Of a DNA stretch of 64,000 nt, positions 48,332 to 57,911 are shown in pieces. Positions within the stretch are counted from its first letter, which is position 1; every line of letters begins with the position of its first letter. The notes under the pieces were generated by a model that was given only the letters and a program-made list of their open reading frames with translations, was not told the DNA's origin and did not search any database. The position numbers and the translations under genes were made by a program. Source of the stretch: a virus; IMG/VR virus record IMGVR_UViG_3300020185_000013, positions 1 to 64,000 of that record; one strand, given 5' to 3'.

Positions 48332-51300
48332 ATGGCATTCAGTACAAGAATATATTTTAAAGATATATTGAGTGATCCGAGCCTATTATGCTCAGGCCCT
48401 CATGACACCCCGGTTAACCTACAATCAGATGGTTCTGGTAAATTCATTGTGTTCTATAATGAACAGAATGCTTTATTAGTTGGACTAAATGATAGTGCAA
48501 GTATAATTGATTTAGGTCTTAATAACATTGAGATTTATCGCACTCAAATTCTTGCGGATCAAAATGATCCTACTGGATATGCTGAAGCAGGGTACTATGC
48601 TTCTACTGAATTTGATGGAACAAATACTGTAAGTACTACAGTTTATCCATATAATAATGGATCTTGGGGTCAACCCACATTATGTCAAGCATCTTCAGGA
48701 ACTTCAGGAACTAGTGGAACTTCAGGAACTAGCGGAACTTCGGGAACTAGCGGAACTTCGGGAACTAGTTCAAACGTTAAATCATTTCAGATTTACTACA
48801 CATCATCGACCGGATCAAATGGAGATTATTGTCAAGGTACTAGTATTAAAAATCTTTATTATGATGGTGCTTCAACTTTTAGTACAATTGAGCAAATTAT
48901 ATACGCTCACGTTACTGGAGCTATTACTTTAAAGATTTATACAGGCCCTGGGAATCCACCAAGTGCTTCACAAATAACTGATTTAAATGATATTAATCAG
49001 ACAGGTCCACTAGCTATTCTGGACCTTACACCTGGTGAATATGGAGACGTTATTGATTATTTCTATATTAATATAGATGGAACACAAAATGGTTGGCAGC
49101 ATGGTTCTGGTGCAAACATAGATTATACAAGTACTATACTAGTTCCAACTTCTGACCCTGGATCTACAAAACAAAGCGCTTTAGCGGCAGGTTGGATTCC
49201 ATTCTATTGTCCAAATTCTGGAGCTAGTTCAATTATACTGAATTATGGATCAGATTCAACGGCATTCTGTGGAACTCCAACTAATTCAACTTATTACTAT
49301 TACACTGGACCTGGAGGTCCAACGTATAACACAGTCGATGATTTAGTATCGAACGGTATTAGAATATGGAATAATGCAAATTCAGCAGTAAGTGGATTAG
49401 ATCCTAACTATACGACTGATTTAGCAGCTACTGGTGTATATTCACACTTAAGTAGTTATGGATATGGGTTTGATAATAATACTGGAACTTGGTTCCAATC
49501 AAAGATAACATGTGCGCTAGTTGGAGACCCAGAACCAAGGGCAATTGATATTACAGTTGCACAATGTACTGAATATGGAGAATTTGTAGGATTCTGTCAT
49601 TATCCAAAGTCTATAGTTCAAGTCTTTTATATGTCAACAGTTGACTTAACGCTTCTTGAAATCGTTCAGTCAAACATTTACCTATATACTTCAGCGGATG
49701 CGGCTGAAAATACAGATTATAATGAGTTAATAAGCTATCAAGCATTTGGAGATGCTCAAAATAGTATTCCATCTACCCAATACTTTATTTGGACAGGATC
49801 TTTTTATTTAGGTAAGAATCCAACTAATGGTACTGAGAGAAGTGACGATCCAACCGCTAATATTACTCAAGGACATCAATGTCAAACAGTTTCAAGAACT
49901 ACACCATTTAGTACAGAAGTTCTAAACACTGGAGGGTATAAAAAGTTCTATGCATTCTATCAATGTGGAAGTGCAACAATTGGACAAAGTGCAAATTCTT
50001 TCCCGGTTTATGTTATTGATGCAGACGTAACTTTAAATGAAGAGAATTATATTACTGATTTTGTTGGTTTCTTAAATCAAAATAATAAAAAGACTTTTGC
50101 AGTTAATAGTTGTAAATGTGTTGAGTATATTCATACAATTTATGCTAATACTGAAAATGAGGCAAAAGTACTTCTAGAAAATTATTATGACAGAGTAGTT
50201 TCTGAGGATCCTGCAAATCTTGGTATATTTAGTGAAAGCGAAGTGTTAGTATATGACGATTGTACTGATTGTTCATCGAATACTGACCCTTTATCTTATA
50301 AATTTCCTTTTGTTGAAGAGGCTGTTCCACCAACACCTGGACCAAACTTAGATACTGAGAAAAACTATCAACTTGATAATGTTTCAAAACCATTACTTAG
50401 AACTAATCCAAAACTTAGCACAAATGTTAAGATGGTGGTTGATTCAGAGGGTAGAATATACTTAGATTCGATTAATGCAAATCAAGGCTTATCGAATACT
50501 AGCTACAAAAAGTACGAGTTAAGTTCTGATTCTAGATATGCATATGACCTATCAAGATACTATAACGAAAACAATACACCTTTAGATTCTGCGTTTGATA
50601 CGAAAAGAGATTACTCTGATTTTTCAGTGCTTGATGACTATTCAAAACAGTTCGAGGAAGATTATCAATACGGTACTAAGCTGAACGCTTCTAAGCTATA
50701 CTCAGAAGACTTTAGGATGATGGCGCCAATTTGGTTGGATGTTAATATGCCTAAAAAGTTCGTGATCTACAGGGTTGAGGATCCAACACCAGAATTTGAC
50801 TATACTGAGGGTGCTACTGATAAGCTAACTAGAGTTACTAGAATGATTAGAAATTCTAGAATAGTTAAAGTGTTTGATTTAAGTAGTAGCTCTTCGATTG
50901 GTAAATACTTAAGAAATCACGTTCAAGATGAATTCTTCCCAGACTCTCCGCTTACGGTTACAATGGAGAAAAATCAAAAATCAAATTTCAATGGAATTGA
51001 TTTGGTTAAGGGTGGATTCGTTGAGAAAGGCGAATATATTTATGATGATTTTGTCAAGCAAGACACTACCTTAATAGATGCAAACAATTTTATAACTGAT
51101 GGTTTTAGAAGAAATAAAGTTGCATGTGCTAATCTAATTAATTTAGAGTTCATGTTTAATGACACAACCGCAACTGACTATTCAGTTAACAGATATTTTG
51201 GTTTATATGTTGACGACTTAGATTCAGGTATTGGTGAAATATCGAACATTAAAAATGGTCTGGTTAGATTTAAGAATATTGAATCATATTTACAAGGTAA

Positions 51301-54300
51301 CGATCCAACATATGCTATTCCAGAATACAGCTTATTACAAAGTGCTGGAGTACTTGCATATGCTAGAATTAAAGAGAACTTCTATAATTTAGATAGTTCA
51401 AATGCATATAATGCTAATCGTTATAATGTTGCAGTTAAAGCGACTGACGAAGAAATTAATTCTAAACTTGGTATTAATAGTAAGGACGTTTCAGTTCAAA
51501 TTAAACCTAACGAAACTGCAGGTGGAGACTATTTAAAAGCAACTGTAATTGATATTCCAGGAAACAATGATTTATTTAGAGTAACTGCAGTTAAGAGAGA
51601 AGCAGTACGTTTAAAAATCGTTGCAAATGTTGGTGGAGAAACTGTTAGAATTGAAGACGCTCTAGGCAATTACATTGATTTTACAATGGGTGCAACTGGA
51701 AGTATTTCTTGGGCAAACTTTGAAGCAGCATGGAATTCAGTCAATCAAACATCTCCACAGCAAACAATTGAATTCTACAATAGATATGAGTTAAGTGTAG
51801 AAGCAGATAGTACGCAAATTAACAGTATTGTTCTTAGAGAAAGGTCGGCTAATCTAGTTGACAATGGTATTTTTGTAACCACTGTAACTTCAATTATTGG
51901 AGTTAAAGAAATCTACACAAATGTTAACCAAACAATTGGTACATTTAGAGCAGATAATACTGGAAGTTTAGGAAAAAGAAAGTTTAACAAAGACTTTTTC
52001 TCGACAATTGGTGAAAAGAGTGATGTAGCGTTCGCAATCGCAGGTGCAATCAGAAACTATACGGACTTTGATGCGTATAGTGTGAATGAATATGTGTATA
52101 TTATTAGTGAAGTGAACGGCTATCAACTGATGAACTGTACGTTACTCGTAGCAGATAGTAATCAAATAGATTTTATTACTGCCGAAAATAGTGACACTAA
52201 TAATGAATTAAACTTAAGTTCTGATCTAACTTTAAATTACTCAAGTTATTTCTTTAACGGTGGACATTCTGCTGGAAAGTCAGTATATGTTGATTCAAAT
52301 GTAGTTTCTCAAATTCAAGCCGGAGATTACTTACCTACTAAATATAGTGGTAAATATAATTTAGTATTGGATGTTGTTGAAGATACAACTGAAAGGTCTG
52401 GTAATTTTAATAAGATAATTTTACAAGACAAATCATCGCTAACTGCTGGCAATTACAATGTGTTCTCTAAGAATTTAATGGCTCTTGGATTATTCTCGGC
52501 GTATGATATTCACGACATGAACTTTGATTTCTACGATACTTCAAATTCTGAACTAAAAGAATTAAAGTACGAGACTAGAGAAAATATGGACTACGAGCCA
52601 TATGAACAAGCAGTACTAGGAGTTGGTAATATTTTACCAGACAATGTAATTTCTGAAGATTTCTTACTGAACCCAATTGAGTATTTTGCTAATCTTTTAC
52701 CTGTTTTAGGTGGAGAGGACTCAAAAACTCTTAAAGTTGATAGAATCTCTTCAGAATACGATAGATTAAAAGAAAACTACCTCAAAGAATACTCAACTGA
52801 TTCAAGAGTCGTGCCTAACATTAATAAGTGGGTCCTAAAGGATATGTTAAATGTTAGAGAGCAACCATATTACTTAAATACTAATGAGGCATTTGGTAAA
52901 ACAAACTTCTCACCAGATATTACGGTTGAGGGTAGAAATAGAGATGCATTCTCACATGAATGGTTCTATTTAGATAAATGGCCAGAATACTTAACATATA
53001 ATCAATACAATGATGGTTTTAGTTATATTGATTTTGTAGAAGGATTTGATGTTACAAAAGATATTTTTAAGAATGTCGACCATGATTATTTTGATCGATT
53101 CATGGTTTCAGAAGGACATGAACTTGTGGTACCGTTTATTGACCCATTAGATCCAACTCAGAATAAAGAGACTATATTCTACACTAAAACCGAATTGACT
53201 AAAAAGTACACTCCAATTAAAGGTGGTAGTGATATTGATTTTGCAAGTACAATCTTTAAAGGTCTTAAATTTGAATTTAAGAAAAGAAAGGACGGTTCAA
53301 GTCAAAACACTGCAGAGTTTGTTAAGAATTCTGAATTTAATAACTACAGATTCTCGACACTTGTTAAGGTAAATACAAATGCTGATACTAATAACATTGA
53401 ATATGAGTTTATTAAGAACGATAAGTTCGAATATGTTATATTCTTTATTCAGTTAAATATTGAAGACTCATTTATTGGCGATTATATTAATAGAAAGTAC
53501 TTATATGAATTAGAGCATAAGGTTGTCGTTGATACGGATCAAAATGGTCAAAACTTCTACCGATATGCTGATGTTAATATTGATGGTGCAATTGAACTTT
53601 CTTCAGTTAACTGGGCAGCACAGGGTCCATATACTCTAAAGGGTGTTATTCATAATGATGGTTCTTCTCCTGCATTCTCTAATCAAATGCCATCACAAGA
53701 GGATGGTACATATGGAAGGTTAAAAATTGACTATGGATTAGGCGGAGATTTCTATATGGATGTTGTTAAGGTTATTAGTATTGACCAACTTCAAGTCTTA
53801 GGAGCTCCTTACACTGTTGATAGTTTAGGCGTTAAGCAACCAGTAAATCCATACACTATTCCATATCAAGCTCAGTTAAACGCTAAATATGTTTACGAAG
53901 GTGGTGGTGTTAATGCACACGAATTATTATTATCACAACTTTCAGCAAATAAAGTTTTTGATAAGGTAAATAACAATTCAACTGAAATTAAGTACACTAC
54001 AATTTTAGAAGACGGTACTGAACTTACTAACCAGTTCTCAGTTAGAATGGATGATGGTAATGAAATTATTAAGCATTCTAAACTGGTTACCTCGATTGAT
54101 GGAGACACTCCAAAAAGTTACAAACTTAAAAAGGAAACTATTGGATATGTTATCGAAGACGGAACTGAATATTATCCGTTCTTAATTAGACACAATGGAA
54201 GGTATACCGTTGATTTAACTCCGGTAGTTACATTTACTGATATTTATGGGTTCAACAAGGTAATTAGAGACCAGTTAACCTATGATACTGGGTTTAAAAT

Positions 54301-55222
54301 GTTCAAAGAACCGGTTTATAAACTAAATCTATCAACCAACTACGATGTAAATAAATCACTAGCATTTTATAATAGGTACAATAGAATGGGTACTGCATTT
54401 AACGTTGGATTTATTAGTGACGAAGGGATTCATGATGCTAAATGGGGAAAGATTAAAAACCATTTCTACCATAAGGTAAATGAAATCAATACGCTTGGCG
54501 TAACTAAACTTTCAGAAAGCAGTGAATACTTACCACAATACCCATTAATTAATGAGGTTACAATTGATAAAAGAGATATTAATGTCTTCAAGTCTTCATG
54601 GGAAAATAACTATTATGTTAGATCTCTAAGTGGAGGAGATACTGAATTGGTACCTGGTACGATTTCAACTCTTGAAGAAAAATCATACCTTGGTTCTACT
54701 GTAATAAAATACAAACCATCGTATTCGATTTATGAATTTACATCGACTTCTGTGAATTCTGCATCTGATTTGGATGTTATATTGAAAAACAATTCAAATA
54801 AAACAGACGTTGTCTATTTTGAAGATGATAATAATTTGATTGTTGACTTCTATTTAGGAGGAATCGCAGCAAAAACAATTGGTGAAGATGGGTTATTTGA
54901 AACTATTCAAAAGTTTGTCGATCCAGCAAACAGTGCAGGAGATAAAACAACAATTGATGACGATGTAACATTGTATGCTGCTAACAATATGGTTGGACTA
55001 TACAGACTTGATGATATTCAAATCTATGTTAAAGAGTACAAAGGCTCTCCATCAGAAGTAGTTTCAGCAGATAGTATTGATACAATCGACAATGGGTATA
55101 CTAAAGCAAGCGATTTTACATATCAATTACATGGTAAAAAGCCACTAAATTTTAGACTAATATATAATAAAAAGTTAGGCTATTCATATAGCATGAAGGC
55201 GCTGATAAAAATACAAGCATAA
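48332..55222 (+). CDS. Very large structural protein (2296 aa)
   Basis: Uninterrupted ORF after late motif 48288; Cys-punctuated N-terminal region. Confidence 0.65.
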   Translation: MAFSTRIYFKDILSDPSLLCSGPHDTPVNLQSDGSGKFIVFYNEQNALLVGLNDSASIIDLGLNNIEIYRTQILADQNDPTGYAEAGYYASTEFDGTNTVSTTVYPYNNGSWGQPTLCQASSGTSGTSGTSGTSGTSGTSGTSGTSSNVKSFQIYYTSSTGSNGDYCQGTSIKNLYYDGASTFSTIEQIIYAHVTGAITLKIYTGPGNPPSASQITDLNDINQTGPLAILDLTPGEYGDVIDYFYINIDGTQNGWQHGSGANIDYTSTILVPTSDPGSTKQSALAAGWIPFYCPNSGASSIILNYGSDSTAFCGTPTNSTYYYYTGPGGPTYNTVDDLVSNGIRIWNNANSAVSGLDPNYTTDLAATGVYSHLSSYGYGFDNNTGTWFQSKITCALVGDPEPRAIDITVAQCTEYGEFVGFCHYPKSIVQVFYMSTVDLTLLEIVQSNIYLYTSADAAENTDYNELISYQAFGDAQNSIPSTQYFIWTGSFYLGKNPTNGTERSDDPTANITQGHQCQTVSRTTPFSTEVLNTGGYKKFYAFYQCGSATIGQSANSFPVYVIDADVTLNEENYITDFVGFLNQNNKKTFAVNSCKCVEYIHTIYANTENEAKVLLENYYDRVVSEDPANLGIFSESEVLVYDDCTDCSSNTDPLSYKFPFVEEAVPPTPGPNLDTEKNYQLDNVSKPLLRTNPKLSTNVKMVVDSEGRIYLDSINANQGLSNTSYKKYELSSDSRYAYDLSRYYNENNTPLDSAFDTKRDYSDFSVLDDYSKQFEEDYQYGTKLNASKLYSEDFRMMAPIWLDVNMPKKFVIYRVEDPTPEFDYTEGATDKLTRVTRMIRNSRIVKVFDLSSSSSIGKYLRNHVQDEFFPDSPLTVTMEKNQKSNFNGIDLVKGGFVEKGEYIYDDFVKQDTTLIDANNFITDGFRRNKVACANLINLEFMFNDTTATDYSVNRYFGLYVDDLDSGIGEISNIKNGLVRFKNIESYLQGNDPTYAIPEYSLLQSAGVLAYARIKENFYNLDSSNAYNANRYNVAVKATDEEINSKLGINSKDVSVQIKPNETAGGDYLKATVIDIPGNNDLFRVTAVKREAVRLKIVANVGGETVRIEDALGNYIDFTMGATGSISWANFEAAWNSVNQTSPQQTIEFYNRYELSVEADSTQINSIVLRERSANLVDNGIFVTTVTSIIGVKEIYTNVNQTIGTFRADNTGSLGKRKFNKDFFSTIGEKSDVAFAIAGAIRNYTDFDAYSVNEYVYIISEVNGYQLMNCTLLVADSNQIDFITAENSDTNNELNLSSDLTLNYSSYFFNGGHSAGKSVYVDSNVVSQIQAGDYLPTKYSGKYNLVLDVVEDTTERSGNFNKIILQDKSSLTAGNYNVFSKNLMALGLFSAYDIHDMNFDFYDTSNSELKELKYETRENMDYEPYEQAVLGVGNILPDNVISEDFLLNPIEYFANLLPVLGGEDSKTLKVDRISSEYDRLKENYLKEYSTDSRVVPNINKWVLKDMLNVREQPYYLNTNEAFGKTNFSPDITVEGRNRDAFSHEWFYLDKWPEYLTYNQYNDGFSYIDFVEGFDVTKDIFKNVDHDYFDRFMVSEGHELVVPFIDPLDPTQNKETIFYTKTELTKKYTPIKGGSDIDFASTIFKGLKFEFKKRKDGSSQNTAEFVKNSEFNNYRFSTLVKVNTNADTNNIEYEFIKNDKFEYVIFFIQLNIEDSFIGDYINRKYLYELEHKVVVDTDQNGQNFYRYADVNIDGAIELSSVNWAAQGPYTLKGVIHNDGSSPAFSNQMPSQEDGTYGRLKIDYGLGGDFYMDVVKVISIDQLQVLGAPYTVDSLGVKQPVNPYTIPYQAQLNAKYVYEGGGVNAHELLLSQLSANKVFDKVNNNSTEIKYTTILEDGTELTNQFSVRMDDGNEIIKHSKLVTSIDGDTPKSYKLKKETIGYVIEDGTEYYPFLIRHNGRYTVDLTPVVTFTDIYGFNKVIRDQLTYDTGFKMFKEPVYKLNLSTNYDVNKSLAFYNRYNRMGTAFNVGFISDEGIHDAKWGKIKNHFYHKVNEINTLGVTKLSESSEYLPQYPLINEVTIDKRDINVFKSSWENNYYVRSLSGGDTELVPGTISTLEEKSYLGSTVIKYKPSYSIYEFTSTSVNSASDLDVILKNNSNKTDVVYFEDDNNLIVDFYLGGIAAKTIGEDGLFETIQKFVDPANSAGDKTTIDDDVTLYAANNMVGLYRLDDIQIYVKEYKGSPSEVVSADSIDTIDNGYTKASDFTYQLHGKKPLNFRLIYNKKLGYSYSMKALIKIQA
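48695..48769 (+). repeat. 9-bp tandem repeat encoding about eight Gly-Thr-Ser units
   Basis: GGAACT recurs every 9 nt from 48698 to 48761. Confidence 0.9.
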
Positions 55223-55223
55223 A

Positions 55224-57074
55224 ATGCCAATTAACATTAGAGAAATACTTTACCCTAATGATACTGATACCATTAGATGGGAGAAGGTCAATTATAACTT
55301 TGACCAGATCTTAGCAAATGGCGGTAAAGAGGGACCGAGAGGTACCAAGGGAGACGCTGGAGCAGTTGGTGCTACTGGTGTTAAAGGAGACAAAGGAGAC
55401 CAGGGAGACCAAGGAATTAAAGGTGAAACTGGTATTTCAACCAATTTTTGGGATCAGTTTACACATGATTCAATTAGCGCAAACGTTTTAAAACCAAAAG
55501 ACGGAACAAATAGTCAAGAGACTGTAGTGTTTATTGGCGATACTACATATACTGAAGGTTCTGCTGCTGGTGATTTAGATCCAAACGCACAGCTTGTGGT
55601 TGGTCAAAGTAGTTCTTTATTCTATGCACAAAAATGGTTAGCATATGGAAGTGGATTAACTGACATTGCAATTAGAGGAGAGGCTACAATAGATTATGAT
55701 GGCAATAATAATGCAGGTACAAATTGGGTTTTACAACCAAACTTTGGAGGCGCAAATACCAAGCTAACTATCCAGTCACATGTGCTAAGATTAGATGCTT
55801 ATGAAAAGCTAAATATCTCTAGTACTACAGGAGTAGAGTTTTTAGCAGGTGGAGCAATTGTAGTTAAACCTAGTTTTACAGCTGATGGAATTTCAACATT
55901 TAATGATAATGTGACCATTAATGCAGATGCTTCAATAACTGGAGAATTAACAGTTGGCGGAACCGATTCATTCTTTAACGGAACCGGTTCTATTAATCTC
56001 CCTTCTGGTACAACAGCACAAAGAACTGCTGGAAGTCCGATAGGCGCAATTAGATACAATTCAACTTCTGATAAATTTGAAGGATATGATTCAACAGTGT
56101 GGGTAGATTTAACTAGACTATCTAATTCAGCAAAGACAACTTATGTTGCGGTACAAACTGATTCTGATTATTCATTAGGTGAAGATGGTAAAGTTAATCT
56201 AGTTGCTTCTGGAACTAAAACTGTTAGTGTTGGTGTTTCTGACGTAAACATTATTAAAGATACTAAACTAACAACATCAGATCTATATTTTATTACTAAA
56301 AATAGAGGAGTTGTTTTTCCAGTTGGAAATGATTCAGCCGGTCTGTCTGGTTCCAATGGAGCCACTGGATTTACTGCTGGTAATTTTGGTTCAGATATAG
56401 TAGACAGAACATTAAGAGACTATTTTGAAAAAGGAGACTATACTCCTACTAATCCATTAGTTAAAGTAACGGATAGTTCTTCCACTGCTCTTGTAATCGC
56501 ATCGTCAAATTATACCGACGGAGATTTTGATGTAAACTATACTAAAATTGGTAATTTAATTAATGTTTTTGGTCAATATGAATTTAAGACAACTAGTTTT
56601 GGAGGATCATACACGCTGTCTGACAATTTTGGATTAAAACTAGGAGTAAACAATGAATTTGCATATACTAATAATTCTAATTTTGATATTATAGTTAACG
56701 TTGAAGTAGATAATTTTCAAATATTAAACGAAACAGCACCTACGAGTGCTGGGAATGAACCATCAGATCCTGAGAATACTCCGGCTTCTTATTTTGGAAT
56801 TATTAGACCAGGAGAAAACACAATCCGATTATATGTTAGGAGAAATACAACAGCAAGTACTGGAACAGGAAGTACTCCAACTAGCCCAACGAACGGAGCT
56901 GTAGTAACCATTGCAGAACCGGTAAAACTCAAACATGTAGTAACATACAATACAGGTAGCGGTCAGGTTCCTTTAAGTATTAGATTTAGTTTTGCAATGC
57001 CTGTTAATTATGAATCTTACACTAGTTTTACTACCGGCGGTGGTGGTAATACAGGAAACTCACAAGGAGTATAA
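55224..57074 (+). CDS. Tail fibre-like protein with a short collagen segment
   Basis: GKEGPRGTKGDAGAVGATGVKGDKGDQGDQGIKGETG; LPSGTTAQR...GAIRYNS...FEGY; YTKIGNLINV. Confidence 0.75.
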   Translation: MPINIREILYPNDTDTIRWEKVNYNFDQILANGGKEGPRGTKGDAGAVGATGVKGDKGDQGDQGIKGETGISTNFWDQFTHDSISANVLKPKDGTNSQETVVFIGDTTYTEGSAAGDLDPNAQLVVGQSSSLFYAQKWLAYGSGLTDIAIRGEATIDYDGNNNAGTNWVLQPNFGGANTKLTIQSHVLRLDAYEKLNISSTTGVEFLAGGAIVVKPSFTADGISTFNDNVTINADASITGELTVGGTDSFFNGTGSINLPSGTTAQRTAGSPIGAIRYNSTSDKFEGYDSTVWVDLTRLSNSAKTTYVAVQTDSDYSLGEDGKVNLVASGTKTVSVGVSDVNIIKDTKLTTSDLYFITKNRGVVFPVGNDSAGLSGSNGATGFTAGNFGSDIVDRTLRDYFEKGDYTPTNPLVKVTDSSSTALVIASSNYTDGDFDVNYTKIGNLINVFGQYEFKTTSFGGSYTLSDNFGLKLGVNNEFAYTNNSNFDIIVNVEVDNFQILNETAPTSAGNEPSDPENTPASYFGIIRPGENTIRLYVRRNTTASTGTGSTPTSPTNGAVVTIAEPVKLKHVVTYNTGSGQVPLSIRFSFAMPVNYESYTSFTTGGGGNTGNSQGV

Positions 57075-57088
57075 TAATTCTAGAAAAG

Positions 57089-57910
57089 ATGATAACATTA
57101 ATTAAAATATTAGACTTTTTTAGGTCGCTTGATAAGAAAGTGCTAGCATTTATTGGTGGTGCTATTCTTGTTTTATTTATGATGCAGCAATGTAATCGCA
57201 TCAGTGAGTTAAAAACTGAAATTAAGCAAGTTGAGGCTCAAGCTGAGAATAATCTAAATAACTACATTGCAGCAAATGACTCAATTAAGTATTTTAGAAC
57301 CTTAAACGGAGATATGGTCGCTCAAATTTCAAGCTACCAATTTTCAGTTGAGGATTTACAAAGGGCAAATGGTAACTTGCTGAAAAAATACAGAAGATCA
57401 CTTCAATTAAATAAAGAACTTGAAGGTGTTAAGAATCTGCTTGAGAGTGAGTTACAAATAAAGGATAGCATTATTGCATCTGCAAGTTCAACCAGACTAA
57501 GCGACAGTACTGATTTAATCGAGTTTAAAGATTATGTAGACTATGGAGATGGCAATTCTAGAGACCTTTCAGGTTCTTTGGTTGTAACTAAACTTGATAG
57601 TGCTCTTGCAGCATCTGATGTTAAGATTAGATTAAGTCAATCAATTACACTAAGAGCAGCAGTTGAAGAAGTAGATGGAAGGGATCAAATTAAGATTTCT
57701 ACAGGCTACCCTGGTTTAACGATCGGTTCGATTGAGAATATAAATTTGATAAATAATAAGTTAAACGCAACACCATATACTAAGAAAGCTGGATGGTCAG
57801 TTGGAATTGGAGTAGGATATGGAGTTATGTTAAATAATGGACAGCAATTAGGATTTGGCCCAACAATTGGAGCACACCTAATTTGGTCACCAAAATGGTT
57901 AAGATTTTAA
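57089..57910 (+). CDS. Membrane-anchored coiled-coil protein, possible spanin-like lysis protein
   Basis: N-terminal TM, coiled coil, C-terminal Gly/aromatic beta hairpin ending WLRF. Confidence 0.5.
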   Translation: MITLIKILDFFRSLDKKVLAFIGGAILVLFMMQQCNRISELKTEIKQVEAQAENNLNNYIAANDSIKYFRTLNGDMVAQISSYQFSVEDLQRANGNLLKKYRRSLQLNKELEGVKNLLESELQIKDSIIASASSTRLSDSTDLIEFKDYVDYGDGNSRDLSGSLVVTKLDSALAASDVKIRLSQSITLRAAVEEVDGRDQIKISTGYPGLTIGSIENINLINNKLNATPYTKKAGWSVGIGVGYGVMLNNGQQLGFGPTIGAHLIWSPKWLRF

Positions 57911-57911
57911 T

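Noticed and set aside
48332-55222. Intein, intron or diversity-generating retroelement target in the giant structural genes
   Set aside because: No intein splice motifs, homing endonuclease, reverse transcriptase or TR/VR repeat pair was seen by eye
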